The notes: generated from the sequence alone by a model not told the origin. A DNA stretch of 64,000 bases from an uncultured Spirochaetota bacterium (GCA_963845535.1 CAWJSK010000012.1:416001-480000), one strand, 5' to 3'; positions 1 through 10,244 are shown, counted from the first letter of the stretch. Made by a program: numbers and translations.

Positions 1-1
1 G

Positions 2-907
2 GCGAAATGGTTCCCTGACAAGAAGGGGCTTGCCACGGGCATGGTTATCATGGGGTTCGGCCTTGGCGCACTTTTCATGAGCAAGATCCTCGCCCCGCTT
101 TTCATCGGGATGACGGGAGGAACAAGCCTTGCCCCTGTCTTTCTCCTGCTTGCCGCCGTATTCCTTGTCCTTTCGGTCGGGTCAGCGTGGTTCATGAAGA
201 ATCCGCCGCCGCTGTGGCTTCCCCGAGGATACGCCCCAGAGGGCGCGAAGGCGGCTGGCGCAGGACTGGACGCTTCCGCCTCCAAAGCCATTTTCTCCCG
301 GAGGTTCGTCCTCATGTGGGTCGTGTTCTTCTGCAATATCACCGCGGGCATTTCCATAATCAGCTTCCAGTCCCCGCTGCTGCAGAGCCTGCTGAAAAAC
401 ACCGACCCATCGCTTTCCGCCGCGGCGCTCGCGGGCTTCGGCGCCACCTTGATTGCCGCAAGCTCCCTGTTCAACGGCGCCGGCAGGTTCTTCTGGGGCG
501 CGGTCTCCGACAGGATCGGCAGGGCTCAGACTTTCCGGATCATGCTCGGCTCAGGTGTGGTCGTGTTCGCGCTCCTTGCCTTCATTGCCAGGCCCTGGCT
601 CTTTGCCGTGCTTGCCTGCTGGGTGCTCCTGTGCTACGGGGGCGGCTTTGGCGCCATGCCGGCTTTTATTGGCGATGTGTTCGGCACGCAGTTGATGCCA
701 GCCGTCTACGGAGCAGTCTTGACAGCGTGGTCAGCCGGGGGGATTGTGGGTCCTCAGATAGTTGCCATTTTGAAAGACAGGGTGCCCGAGCGGGCATCGA
801 CCTTGTCTTTCATTGTCAGCGGCGGTTTTGTCCTTGTTGGGTTCATTCTTGCGCTCCTTCTTTCGAACGGGCAGTTCCAGAAGGTCCGCTTCAGGAGATC
901 GACATGA
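2..907 (+). CDS. MFS transporter, OFA (oxalate/formate antiporter) family, 5'-truncated by window edge
   Basis: Frame open from base 2 (AKWFPDKKGLATGM...). Motifs NGAGRFFWGAVSDRIGR and YGGGFGAMPAFIGDVFG, with many TM helices. Confidence 0.9.
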   Translation, partial: AKWFPDKKGLATGMVIMGFGLGALFMSKILAPLFIGMTGGTSLAPVFLLLAAVFLVLSVGSAWFMKNPPPLWLPRGYAPEGAKAAGAGLDASASKAIFSRRFVLMWVVFFCNITAGISIISFQSPLLQSLLKNTDPSLSAAALAGFGATLIAASSLFNGAGRFFWGAVSDRIGRAQTFRIMLGSGVVVFALLAFIARPWLFAVLACWVLLCYGGGFGAMPAFIGDVFGTQLMPAVYGAVLTAWSAGGIVGPQIVAILKDRVPERASTLSFIVSGGFVLVGFILALLLSNGQFQKVRFRRST

Positions 908-2034
908 AATACAGGAGCTTTGGCCAAACGGGCTGGAACGCTTCCGCGCTTGCCTTCGGCTGCATGAGACTTCCGTGCAACGGAGGGCCGGAGAAGGTGG
1001 ATGAGCCGCTTACCGTCCGCATGATCCGCACGGCAATAGACGCCGGGGTCAACTACGTGGACACCGCGTATCCGTATCACGGAGGCAAAAGCGAGGTAGC
1101 CCTGGGCAAGGCGCTGGCGGACGGGTACCGCCAGAAGGTGAAGCTCGCCGACAAGATGCCGATGTGGCTCCTGAAGCAGCCGGCTGATCTGGACAGGATC
1201 TTCAACGAACAGCTTTCGAGGCTCCAGACAGACCACGTTGACCTGTACCTGTTCCATTCCCTGGGCCGCCAGACGTGGAAGAAAGGCCGCGAGCTCGGAG
1301 CCCTGGAATGGGCAGAGCGCAAGATTGCGGAAGGACGGATCCAGTGGATCGGGTTCTCGTTCCATGACGATCTGGCGGCATTCAAGGAGATCGTGGACGG
1401 GTGGGACACGTGGAAGTTCTGCATGATCTTCTATAATTACGCCAGTGAGACCGTACAGGCGGGAACCGAGGGGCTTCAGTATGCTGCCGCCAAAGGGCTT
1501 GCCGTCTCCGTGATGGAGCCGATCATGGGAGGCAACCTCGTGAACCCGCCGCCCGCGGTGAAAGCCCTGTGGGGCAAGGCGCCGAACGCGCGAACACCGG
1601 CGGACTGGGCGCTCCAGTGGGTCTGGAACAAACCGGAGGTGGGCACAGTCCTGAGCGGCATGAGCAGCATGGCGCAGGTGCAGGAGAACCTGGCAAGCGC
1701 AGAGCGCTCATCGGTGGGCTCTCTTTCCTCGCAGGAGGTCAGCCTCGTGCGCGAGGTTGCCGCCATGTATGAGAAGCTGCGCCCCATCCCCTGCACGCAG
1801 TGCGGCTACTGCATGCCGTGCCCCAACGGCGTGAACATCCCTCGCGTGCTCGACGTCTACAACAAATCCGTGGCGTTCTCAAACCCCGGGGAAGCAAAGC
1901 GCGAGTTTGGTTTTCTCAAGCCCACCGAACGGGCCGGGTCCTGCACGGAATGCCAGGAATGCGAAGGCAAGTGCCCGCAGGAGGTGCCCGTGCACGAGTG
2001 GATGAAGCGCATCTCCGCGGAGCTCGGGGGATAA
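904..2034 (+). CDS. Aldo/keto reductase with C-terminal 4Fe-4S dicluster
   Basis: ATG 904 after AGGAGA, ATGA overlap with upstream gene. GCMRLP, YVDTAYPYH, CTQCGYCMPCP and CTECQECEGKCPQ motifs. Confidence 0.92.
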   Translation: MKYRSFGQTGWNASALAFGCMRLPCNGGPEKVDEPLTVRMIRTAIDAGVNYVDTAYPYHGGKSEVALGKALADGYRQKVKLADKMPMWLLKQPADLDRIFNEQLSRLQTDHVDLYLFHSLGRQTWKKGRELGALEWAERKIAEGRIQWIGFSFHDDLAAFKEIVDGWDTWKFCMIFYNYASETVQAGTEGLQYAAAKGLAVSVMEPIMGGNLVNPPPAVKALWGKAPNARTPADWALQWVWNKPEVGTVLSGMSSMAQVQENLASAERSSVGSLSSQEVSLVREVAAMYEKLRPIPCTQCGYCMPCPNGVNIPRVLDVYNKSVAFSNPGEAKREFGFLKPTERAGSCTECQECEGKCPQEVPVHEWMKRISAELGG

Positions 2035-2084
2035 AGCAAGGGCCGAACGCGGCGCCCCGTGCAGAGGGGGTGATCCCGTGAACC

Positions 2085-2232
2085 GAATTGACCGCAGAAC
2101 GGTTCAGAGCTCCTCAAACTGAGGAAAGAATCAAAGTATTAGGAAATGACGCACCTGGAGAAACGGAAGAAGGATAATTGCGCATTCGGGAAAATGCTCA
2201 AAAACTACATGAAGGACAAGCAGAAGCAGTAA
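2085..2232 (+). pseudogene. Decayed 3' fragment resembling the C-terminal tail of RsgA GTPase
   Basis: ELTAERF / frameshift / LLKLRKESKY*EMTHLEKRKKDNCAFGKMLKNYMKDKQKQ*, similar to the RsgA C-terminal helix as I recall it. Has an internal TAG and a frameshift. Confidence 0.5.
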
Positions 2233-2265
2233 GCGCCGGCCGCCGATTGCTTCTTTTTTGATAGC

Positions 2266-2305
2266 TTGCTACTATTACAGTATCAAGCTACTTTATGAGT
2301 AGCAA
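2266..2305. promoter_or_regulatory. Two tandem palindromic operator sites GCTACT-N5-AGTA(G/T)C
   Basis: gctact-attac-agtatc (2268-2284) and gctact-ttatg-agtagc (2287-2303), just upstream of the tautomerase-HxlR pair. Confidence 0.6.
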
Positions 2306-2329
2306 ATCAACGACCCCGGAGGCACAATC

Positions 2330-2527
2330 ATGCCAGTCATCCAGGTAACCATGACGAAGAGCAGCGTAGAGACGAAGAGGGCGCTCATCGAACGGCTGAC
2401 CGCCGACGCAATCGAGATCACCAAAATCCCGGCGTCGGAGTTCACCGTGCTCATCCACGAGCTCGAGCGTGAGAGCATTGGGCGCAGCGGCAGGACCTGC
2501 GCGGACATCATGGCCGAGATGAAGTAG
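2330..2527 (+). CDS. 4-oxalocrotonate tautomerase family protein
   Basis: 65 aa, catalytic Pro1 (MPVIQV), KRALIERLT...VLIHE...IGRSG, GGAGG RBS. Confidence 0.88.
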   Translation: MPVIQVTMTKSSVETKRALIERLTADAIEITKIPASEFTVLIHELERESIGRSGRTCADIMAEMK

Positions 2528-2534
2528 CCGCCCC

Positions 2535-2870
2535 ATGGCCATTCCGAAGCCTGGAAAGCCCGTACGAGGATCCACGACAGGCGCGCCGATCATGGCGCTT
2601 TTCGACCTCCTCGGAAGGCGCTGGGCCATGGGCATCGTCTGGAACCTCGCTGCAGGGCCCTCGACCTTCAGGGCCCTGCAGACCCCCCGCAGTCGCAAGA
2701 GCCAGACCATTTCGCCTTCGATCCTTAACACGCGCCTCAAGGACCTGCAGGAAGCCAAGCTCGTAGAGAGGACCCTTGAGGGCTATGCGTTGACCAAACT
2801 AGGTCAGGAGTTGTTTGCCCTCATCGAGCCCCTGGATGCCTATTCCCAGAAATGGGGGAAGGCCTTCTAG
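2535..2870 (+). CDS. HxlR-family winged-helix transcriptional regulator
   Basis: LLGRRWAMGIV, TFRALQ, ISPSILNTRLKDL, GYALTKLGQEL. Confidence 0.9.
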   Translation: MAIPKPGKPVRGSTTGAPIMALFDLLGRRWAMGIVWNLAAGPSTFRALQTPRSRKSQTISPSILNTRLKDLQEAKLVERTLEGYALTKLGQELFALIEPLDAYSQKWGKAF

Positions 2871-2947
2871 TTTCGCGCTGGTACTTTCAAGATTTGCGCC
2901 CTGATGCTATTCTACAAAAGTCCGCAAAATGCAGAACGGGGGGAAGT

Positions 2948-3820
2948 ATGAAAGTCGTGATCGCATGTCTGGCTGTGGTTCTCCTATCCTCGGTTGCCTC
3001 TCTCTATGGGCAAACCTCCAGAGAGATGTACGGAATCACCTACAGGACTGTTAATGGCCGGGAACTTCAGATGGACATTCAAAGGCCACAGCCGGAGGGA
3101 GTTCCCAAGCCGGCGGTTGTATTCCTGTGTGGCAACGGCTGGGGATATGAGAAGGCGTACAACCGTGAGCAGTTCTGGTACGCTTTGGATCTGGCTGCCG
3201 CAAAGGGATACGTTGCGGTTACCGTGGACTACAGCTCAACACGTGAGAACTCCAACGCAAGAGCCATGGGATCTTTCCCCGCGCAAGTCTACGACGTAAA
3301 GGGCGCAATCCGATTTCTCAGAGCGAATGCCGGAAGATACGATATTGATGCGGCGCATATCGCGGTCGTTGGCTTCTCATCCGGCGGGAACTTGGCGTTG
3401 CTGCTTGGACTTACGCAACCGACGGACGGATTGGAAGGTGACGACGAAAACTCAGGGTATTCCAGCGCCGTGCAGGCAGTGGTCAACTTCTCAGGGGCAA
3501 CGGATCTCGCAAAATGGAACAAAGAGCCCTATGTCAGCGCATACTTGGGGGGCTCTCTCCAGGAAAAACCCGAGCAGTACAAGAGGGCCAGTCCGACGAC
3601 ATATGTCAGGCCAGGAGCGCCCCCGATTCTGACCATTCATGGGGAAAACGACACGGCGGTGCTGCCGGATCAGGCGGAATTGCTTGACGCCAGAATGAAA
3701 GAAGTGGGAGCGTCACACACTCTGATAATCAAACCAGGCCTGCGTCATGACTTCGAGTTCGACCAGACGGTCTGGGATTTCTTGGAGAAAGCTCTTCAAC
3801 TCAAACTATCATGGCAATGA
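2948..3820 (+). CDS. Secreted alpha/beta hydrolase (esterase/lipase, BD-FAE-like)
   Basis: Signal peptide, FPAQVYDVKGAIRFLR, nucleophile GFSSGG, IHGEND, C-terminal His. Confidence 0.85.
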   Translation: MKVVIACLAVVLLSSVASLYGQTSREMYGITYRTVNGRELQMDIQRPQPEGVPKPAVVFLCGNGWGYEKAYNREQFWYALDLAAAKGYVAVTVDYSSTRENSNARAMGSFPAQVYDVKGAIRFLRANAGRYDIDAAHIAVVGFSSGGNLALLLGLTQPTDGLEGDDENSGYSSAVQAVVNFSGATDLAKWNKEPYVSAYLGGSLQEKPEQYKRASPTTYVRPGAPPILTIHGENDTAVLPDQAELLDARMKEVGASHTLIIKPGLRHDFEFDQTVWDFLEKALQLKLSWQ

Positions 3821-3871
3821 AAGTCATAGGGATGAGTTTCTTCATGGGAACGTGCTGCAACATGGCCTGCC

Positions 3872-4759
3872 CTACGGAAGGCTCCAGCGATATGTCTTGC
3901 CGTATTTCCTTCCAAGGGCGAGCTCAAGCGTCGTCCTGGTCAGATCGTAGGACGAGGACCAAACCGTGCTCGGCACTGACACCGCCTCGAGGAGTCCGAA
4001 TACGCCTTTCGCATCCAACCTGCCGTCTGTCTTCGAAAGTCGTTTCTCAGCCACCGCGTAGCGCCAACACGAACCCGGCCGTTCGACCTCGGGTATCTTG
4101 GAGAAAAGGAGGTTCGCCGAAACCTGCCAGGGTCGTTTTGCACGGAAAACCCGCAATTTCCCTCTGTAATATTCTGCGGTTGCCGAAGCCCCGCTGCGGT
4201 CCACGACGAAGTAATGGAGCGGCATTTTCCCGAACCCGACAAGATATTTGCCCATGAGTGCAAGGGCCTCATCGAGCGTGGCCGCTTTATCCAGGAGAAC
4301 CCGTATGATGCCGAACGAAGTGACTGAGCGCATCCCCGGTTCGCACGCGCTCTGCGCCTCATCCACGGACATCATGCCGACAGCGAGCCCGCGTTCGTTC
4401 ATGCCGTCGAAAGGCCAGCGCGGCATGTCGACCATCTTCAGTGGATAACCCATGTCTACCACGGAAATCGAGGCATAACCTCCTGCGGGCTTCGTGATGA
4501 CAACCAGGACCGGATTGGAAATCCAATCGAAGTTGCGTCCCATGACGCGGTTTCCCGAGGCGTCGATAGCCGAAAACAAGGTGCACGCGAATGCCCTCTC
4601 TGCTGAAGCGTGTTTCTCGCATCGGGCGAACTCTTCCCTTGGCCTTGCCCTTGCCGCTACCGGGGCCGTATTCCCGTTCCTCTCTCCCCTCCTGGGCTGG
4701 CTTGGCGTCCTGCTTTCCGGCTCCGACACGTCCTCCAACGCCCTTTTCGGCCCCTCCAA
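3872..4759 (-). CDS. Ntn-hydrolase (C45 / choloylglycine hydrolase-like); start uncertain, possibly 5'-truncated
   Basis: FA-CTLFSA...[38 protein letters not shown]. Confidence 0.75.
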   Translation of the reverse strand: MEGPKRALEDVSEPESRTPSQPRRGERNGNTAPVAARARPREEFARCEKHASAERAFACTLFSAIDASGNRVMGRNFDWISNPVLVVITKPAGGYASISVVDMGYPLKMVDMPRWPFDGMNERGLAVGMMSVDEAQSACEPGMRSVTSFGIIRVLLDKAATLDEALALMGKYLVGFGKMPLHYFVVDRSGASATAEYYRGKLRVFRAKRPWQVSANLLFSKIPEVERPGSCWRYAVAEKRLSKTDGRLDAKGVFGLLEAVSVPSTVWSSSYDLTRTTLELALGRKYGKTYRWSLP

Positions 4760-4800
4760 CGGACCACGGCGGAAATAGCGCAGGAAAGCCGCACTTCGCC

Positions 4801-4829
4801 TTGACTTTCCACGGCCCGGGAATTATCGT
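4801..4829 (+). promoter_or_regulatory. Putative sigma70 promoter of the pentose operon
   Basis: TTGACT-N17-TATCGT upstream of the AAGGAG RBS of the gene at 4875. Confidence 0.5.
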
Positions 4830-4874
4830 CTTTGGAACCCGTCGCTACTGAAAATGAAATAAGGAGCGCTCTCC

Positions 4875-6437
4875 ATGACCACACTCGGTGTGCTTGTCGG
4901 CAACCGGGGATTCTTTCCGGCCGAGCTTTGCGAGCAAGGGAGAAAGACCATCCTCGCCGTCCTCAAGGAGGAGGGGCTGGAAGCCGTGGCTCTCGGCCCG
5001 AAGGACACGAAGTTCGGGTCCGTGGAATCCCTTTCGGACGCGCGAAAATGCGCGGAGCTCTTCAAGGCCAACAGGGAAAAGATCGACGGAATCCTCGTCA
5101 CGCTGCCGAACTTCGGGGATGAACGCGGGGTCGCGGACACCATCAAGCTCGCGGGGCTGGACGTGCCGGTCCTCGTGCACGCGTTCCCGGATGAACCGGG
5201 GCGGATGGCCATCGAGCACCGCCGTGACAGCTTCTGCGGCAAGATGTCCGCCTGCAACAGCCTCACCCAGTACGGGATCCGCTTCTCCCTCACCTCGGAG
5301 CACACCATGGACCCGGAGTCGGCGCCCTTCCGCCGGGACCTGGCCGAGTTCGCGGGGGTCTGCCGGGTGGTCAAGGGGATGCGCAAGGCGAGGTTCGGCC
5401 AGATCGGGGCCCGTCCCGCCGCGTTCGCCACCGTGCGTTACAGTGAGAAGCTCCTGGAGCGAGCCGGCATCTCCGTGGAGAGCATCGACCTTTCCGAAGT
5501 CTTCGGCCGCGCATGGGGCTTGAATGACAAAGAGTCAGCGGTGGTCTCCAAGCTGGATGAGATACGCGGATACGTGAAGACCACGCGCATCCCCCGTGAA
5601 TCACTCGTGCGTATGGCCAAGTTTGCCGTGGTGCTGGACCAGTACATCAAGGAACGGGAGCTTTCGGGAACCGCCATCCAGTGCTGGACATCCATGGAGG
5701 AGAACTTCGGCGTCGTGCCGTGCACCGTCATGAGCATGCTGAGCAGCGGCCTTTCCCCGTCGGCCTGTGAGACGGACATGACCGGGCTCCTGGGCATGCA
5801 TGCAATGATCCATGCCTCCGGGCGGCCCAGCGGGATAGCGGACTGGAACAACAACTATTCGGATGATCCGGACAAGTGCGTCCTGTTCCACTGCAGCAAC
5901 TTTCCCCAGGAGTTCTTTGCCAACAAGGGGCTCATGGACTACCAGGAAATCATAGCCGGCACGGTGGGCAGGGAGAAAACTTACGGCACCATGGTGGGGC
6001 GGCTTGCCCCCACGGAGTTCACCTACTGCCGGGTTTCCACGGATGATTACGCTGGAAGGATTCGCGCTTACGTTGGGGAAGGAGAAATCACCACTGACCC
6101 CATCAACACCTTCGGCGGCTATGCCGTAGCGCATATCCCCAGGCTGCAAGTCCTCCTGCGGCGTATTTGTTCCCAGGGTTTCGAGCACCATGTCGCCATC
6201 AATCCGTCGCGCATCGGCGCGGTTGTCGATGAGGCGTTCACCCGTTACCTGGGATGGGACGTCTACAACCATGATCGCGAAGGCGCGGCGGCGGACCGCA
6301 AGCAGCCGTCCCCGCAACGCGGGCCCGTGGAACGCGTTCGCGCGAAGGAAGAACGGCGGGAGGAGCGCCCCGTCGGCCGTGCCAGGCCGCGAACGGGAAA
6401 AAAAACTGACAGCGCAACCAGAGGAGGGAAATCATGA
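4875..6437 (+). CDS. L-fucose/L-arabinose isomerase family protein (probable L-arabinose isomerase by context)
   Basis: GNRGFFP, LPNFGDE, RRDSFCGKMS, QCWTSMEE, ACETD, FHCSN, GFEHHVA. First gene of the araB-araD operon. Has a basic low-complexity C-terminal tail of ~50 aa. Confidence 0.85.
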   Translation: MTTLGVLVGNRGFFPAELCEQGRKTILAVLKEEGLEAVALGPKDTKFGSVESLSDARKCAELFKANREKIDGILVTLPNFGDERGVADTIKLAGLDVPVLVHAFPDEPGRMAIEHRRDSFCGKMSACNSLTQYGIRFSLTSEHTMDPESAPFRRDLAEFAGVCRVVKGMRKARFGQIGARPAAFATVRYSEKLLERAGISVESIDLSEVFGRAWGLNDKESAVVSKLDEIRGYVKTTRIPRESLVRMAKFAVVLDQYIKERELSGTAIQCWTSMEENFGVVPCTVMSMLSSGLSPSACETDMTGLLGMHAMIHASGRPSGIADWNNNYSDDPDKCVLFHCSNFPQEFFANKGLMDYQEIIAGTVGREKTYGTMVGRLAPTEFTYCRVSTDDYAGRIRAYVGEGEITTDPINTFGGYAVAHIPRLQVLLRRICSQGFEHHVAINPSRIGAVVDEAFTRYLGWDVYNHDREGAAADRKQPSPQRGPVERVRAKEERREERPVGRARPRTGKKTDSATRGGKS

Positions 6438-8128
6438 CGTCTGAGAAGCTCGTCATTGGCATGGATTACGGGACGGACTCGGTCCGCGTAATGATCATCG
6501 ACGCGGAAAAGGGGACGGAGCTCGCCAACGAGGTGGCGTGGTACAAGCGATGGGCTGCGGGCAAGTACTGCGACCCGGCGAAGAACATGTTCCGCCAGCA
6601 CCCCCGTGACTACATCGAGGGGATGGAGGCCGCGGTCAAGGGAGCGCTGGCCAAGGTGGGAAAAAAAGCGGGCGCCCGCGTGGTGGGGATCGGGATAGAC
6701 ACCACTGGATCCACGCCTTGCGCAGTCGACCGCCAGGGCACGCCCCTTGCAATGGCGAAAGGCTTCGAAGAAAACCCCAACGCGATGTTCGTCCTGTGGA
6801 AGGACCACACGGCGGTGAAGGAAGCAGAGCTGATCAACAAGGTGGCGCGCACATGGGGAGGGACGGACTTCACGAAGTATGAAGGCGGCGTCTACTCCTC
6901 CGAGTGGTTCTGGTCCAAGATCCTCCATGTTGTGCGGGAAGACCGCGCGGTGCGTGCAGCCGCGTTTTCCTGGGTGGAGCATTGCGATTGGATGGCCGCG
7001 CTCCTGACGGGAACAAATGATCCCCTGACGATGAAGCGCAGCAGGTGCGCGGCCGGGCACAAAGCCATGTGGCACACCGAGTGGGGCGGGCTCCCCCCTG
7101 AGGAGTTCCTGACGAAGCTCGACCCGGTCCTCAAGGGCCTGCGGGCACGGTTGTTCTCGGAGACCTGGACGTCCGACGTCAAGGCGGGAGGGCTCACGGA
7201 GGAATGGGCCCGGCGCCTGGGGTTGAACCCGGGAACGGCGGTGGCCGTAGGAGCGTTCGACGCCCATATGGGCGGGGTTGGAGGCCAGATCACGGGCAAG
7301 ACGCTCGTGAAGATCATGGGGACCTCTACCTGCGACATGATGGTGGCGCCGCAGAAGGCCATCGGGACAAAGACCGTCCCTGGCATCTGCGGACAGGTGG
7401 ACGGGTCCATCATTCCCGGAATGATCGGATTGGAGGCCGGGCAGTCCGCGTTCGGAGACGTGTATGCCTGGTTCAAGGAAGTCCTCACGTGGCCGCTCAC
7501 GGTTCTGGGGCCGGCATCCGGCAAAGCGGGCCGGGGCGGGGCGGGGGCTGCCGTTGCCAGAATGAAAGAGGAGATCGAGGAGAAGCTGATAGACCGCCTT
7601 GCAGAGGAAGCCGCAAAAGTGGACCCCTCAGAATCCACTCTCCTTGCTCTGGACTGGCTCAACGGACGAAGAACCCCGTTCGCGGACCAGACGCTGAAAG
7701 GCGCAATCGTCGGCCTCACCCTCGGCACCACGGCGCCGAAGATCTTCCGCGCTCTGGTGGAAGCAACGGCATTCGGCTCACGGGCCATCGTGGAACAGTT
7801 CCGCAAGGAAGGGGTTCCCATCGACGCGGTCATAGCCTTGGGCGGGATTTCCCGCAAGAGCCCGTTCGTCATGCAGGTGACCGCTGATGTCCTGGGAATG
7901 CCCATCAAAGTGGCGGCATCAGACCAGACCGTGGCCCTGGGCGCGGGAATGTTCGCGGCAGTTGCCGCCGGGGTCTACAAGAACGTCTCGGACGCCCAGA
8001 AGAAGATGGGAAGCGGTTTCGACAAGACCTTCGTCCCCAACCGCAGAATGGTCGACGTGTACAACAAGCTCTACAAGAAATACGTGACCCTGGGGGAAAA
8101 CCTCCAGGCACTTCTCCAGGCGTTGTGA
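6434..8128 (+). CDS. araB: Ribulokinase
   Basis: GMDYGTDSVR, DTTGSTP, LWKDHTA, YSSEWFWSK, RSRCAAGHKAMW, GTSTCD, LDWLNGRRTP. Confidence 0.95.
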   Translation: MTSEKLVIGMDYGTDSVRVMIIDAEKGTELANEVAWYKRWAAGKYCDPAKNMFRQHPRDYIEGMEAAVKGALAKVGKKAGARVVGIGIDTTGSTPCAVDRQGTPLAMAKGFEENPNAMFVLWKDHTAVKEAELINKVARTWGGTDFTKYEGGVYSSEWFWSKILHVVREDRAVRAAAFSWVEHCDWMAALLTGTNDPLTMKRSRCAAGHKAMWHTEWGGLPPEEFLTKLDPVLKGLRARLFSETWTSDVKAGGLTEEWARRLGLNPGTAVAVGAFDAHMGGVGGQITGKTLVKIMGTSTCDMMVAPQKAIGTKTVPGICGQVDGSIIPGMIGLEAGQSAFGDVYAWFKEVLTWPLTVLGPASGKAGRGGAGAAVARMKEEIEEKLIDRLAEEAAKVDPSESTLLALDWLNGRRTPFADQTLKGAIVGLTLGTTAPKIFRALVEATAFGSRAIVEQFRKEGVPIDAVIALGGISRKSPFVMQVTADVLGMPIKVAASDQTVALGAGMFAAVAAGVYKNVSDAQKKMGSGFDKTFVPNRRMVDVYNKLYKKYVTLGENLQALLQAL

Positions 8129-8132
8129 CGCA

Positions 8133-8864
8133 ATGAAGACGGGATCCGCCATGAAGAAGAGAAACCAGCAGGGAATCAGAAAACTGCGGGAAGCAGTCTA
8201 TGAAGCGAACCTTGAGCTCGTCGAGAAAGGGCTCGTCGTGTCGACGTTCGGCAACGTCTCAGGGATCGACCGGGAGCTGGGGCTGATTGCCATCAAACCC
8301 AGCGGCGTGGAGTACGACGACCTCTCGCCGTCGAACATGGTGCTGCTGGACCTGGACGGCAAGCGCGTGGAGGGGACTCTGAACCCGTCCTCCGACACGA
8401 AGACCCACGTCTTCCTGTACAAGAGCTTCCCCGAGATCGGCGGGGTGGTGCACACGCATTCCCTTCACGCAACCGCGTGGGCGCAGGCCCGTCTCCCCCT
8501 GCCCTGCCTGGGGACCACGCATGCGGACTACTTCCACGGGCCCGTTCCCTGCACGGCCGTGATCACGGATGCGCAGATCGCACTGGATTACGAGGAGCAG
8601 ACCGCCGTCCAGATCACGGACGCGTTCAAGCGCATCGACTACCGGGAGATGCCGGCAGTGCTCGTGGCGTCCCACGGGCCGTTCACGTGGGGGAAAAGCC
8701 CGGCTGAGGCGGTCTACCATGCGTTCATCCTGGAATACGTGGCGCACATGAACGCCATTGCCGTTTCCGTGAACCCGCGCATACGGGGAGTCAGGCAGAC
8801 TCTTCTGGACAAGCACTTCCTGAGAAAGCACGGCAAGAACGCGTACTACGGCCAGAAGAAGTAG
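8133..8864 (+). CDS. araD: L-ribulose-5-phosphate 4-epimerase
   Basis: FGNVSG, IKPSGV, PSSDTKTH, HTHS, GTTHADYF, KHFLRKHGKNAYYGQ. Alternative start at 8151. Confidence 0.95.
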   Translation: MKTGSAMKKRNQQGIRKLREAVYEANLELVEKGLVVSTFGNVSGIDRELGLIAIKPSGVEYDDLSPSNMVLLDLDGKRVEGTLNPSSDTKTHVFLYKSFPEIGGVVHTHSLHATAWAQARLPLPCLGTTHADYFHGPVPCTAVITDAQIALDYEEQTAVQITDAFKRIDYREMPAVLVASHGPFTWGKSPAEAVYHAFILEYVAHMNAIAVSVNPRIRGVRQTLLDKHFLRKHGKNAYYGQKK

Positions 8865-8996
8865 GCAGGGCCGGGGCGCAGCTCTTGCTTAGGACGAACG
8901 CCGGCCCTGGCGAAAACGTCGAAAGTGGAAAAGAGTCTGCCACTTTTCGCGTTTTCCCCAGGTGCGGCGCCCCCTCCTCCGGGGGAGCCGTCTCCC

Positions 8997-10244
8997 CTAT
9001 CTGCCCAAACGCGCCTGGTCCGCTATCCCCTGCGCCGCGTTGGCCGCGGCCTCGGAGTCCTTGGTGGCAGTGTAGATCCCGATGACGTCGGCGAACTGGC
9101 TCACGAACCACTGCGGAGCTGTGACCCCGTGGGCCATGCTTCCGACGATCCTGCTCTCCCTCCAGTCCTTGATGGCCGAGCGGAAGTAGACGTCATACTT
9201 CTCCGCGTCCGAATCCTTGCGGGGAGAAATGGATCCGTTTGCCGGGTCGAAGACATCCTGCGCCTCCTTTGACCCCAGGAACATGAACCACTTGAAGGCG
9301 GACGCTTTGTCCTTGAACCCCTTCGGGAGGCAGAACGAGTCCGTGCGCGCAATGAATATCCCGTTCGTGCCGGGAGCAGGCACCCAGGCGAAGCCTTCTC
9401 CGGGAGTGAGCTTGAGCGTGTTGACGAGGTAGCTTTCGGCCCAGTCTCCGGCGTACGTGAAGGCGGACTCGCCCTTGACGACCCTGTCCATTGCCTGCTG
9501 CCAGGAAAGATCGGCGCCGTCGGTGTTGGCGAACTCAAGGGCCCTTCCAAAGTTCTCCCAGACCCGCACCACTCTGGGCTCCGTGAATCTCAACCGTCCC
9601 GTCCACAGCGCTGACCAGTCGTCCGGGCCCAGCGTGGCAACGGCAATCGACTCCCACAGATGGATGAGAGTTGATACGTTCCCAACGGCAATCGGGGCGG
9701 CTACACCCGCATCCTTCAACTTGCGGCATATGGCAAAAAGGCCTTCCATGGTCCGCGGCGGATCCATGCCCCAGCCGGAGAGCCGGGCGGGGATATACCA
9801 CAGCACATTGCTGCGATTGACCGCCAGGGGCACGCTCCAGATGCCGGTCTTTGTCGACAGGAGCGCAATCAGGTCACGAGGAAAGACGGCGCTCCATCCC
9901 TGTGTCTTGTAGAATCCCGAAAGGTCTTCGAGGCGGTTCGAGATCACCCAGGTGTCGAAGAGGTCCTGGCCGCCGCGCGCCTGGAACGTGTCAGGCGGGT
10001 TGCCGACGAGCATCCGGGTCCTCAGGACCGCGCGAGCATCTGCCTCCGGACCGACTGTGGCGGTCACGTTCGTCACGGCCACGTCCGGATAGAGTGAATT
10101 GTATTTCTGCACAAGGGCTTGCAGGCCGGCGTCGCTGTCACCGGTCCACCAGGAGAACAACTCGAGCTTCTCCTGGCCAAAGGCGGCAGACGAAACAAGG
10201 AGTGTCATGCCGGCAGCAAGAATTGCGAACGCCTTTCGGCTCAT
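8997..10244 (-). CDS. Sugar ABC transporter substrate-binding protein (glucose/mannose-binding-like), stand-alone
   Basis: Signal peptide, LELFSWWTG, NPPDTFQ, GDWA, DSFCLPKG, GSMAHG. GGAGG RBS before ATG 10244. Confidence 0.88.
   Translation of the reverse strand: MSRKAFAILAAGMTLLVSSAAFGQEKLELFSWWTGDSDAGLQALVQKYNSLYPDVAVTNVTATVGPEADARAVLRTRMLVGNPPDTFQARGGQDLFDTWVISNRLEDLSGFYKTQGWSAVFPRDLIALLSTKTGIWSVPLAVNRSNVLWYIPARLSGWGMDPPRTMEGLFAICRKLKDAGVAAPIAVGNVSTLIHLWESIAVATLGPDDWSALWTGRLRFTEPRVVRVWENFGRALEFANTDGADLSWQQAMDRVVKGESAFTYAGDWAESYLVNTLKLTPGEGFAWVPAPGTNGIFIARTDSFCLPKGFKDKASAFKWFMFLGSKEAQDVFDPANGSISPRKDSDAEKYDVYFRSAIKDWRESRIVGSMAHGVTAPQWFVSQFADVIGIYTATKDSEAAANAAQGIADQARLGR

Noticed and set aside
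187..903. 239-aa N-terminal extension of the aldo/keto reductase ORF
   Set aside because: It overlaps the MFS gene in another frame. The true start at 904 has an RBS and a family-typical N-terminus.
2140..2142. In-frame TAG read as pyrrolysine or readthrough
   Set aside because: It lies in a frameshifted fragment without a start, and no recoding genes are visible.
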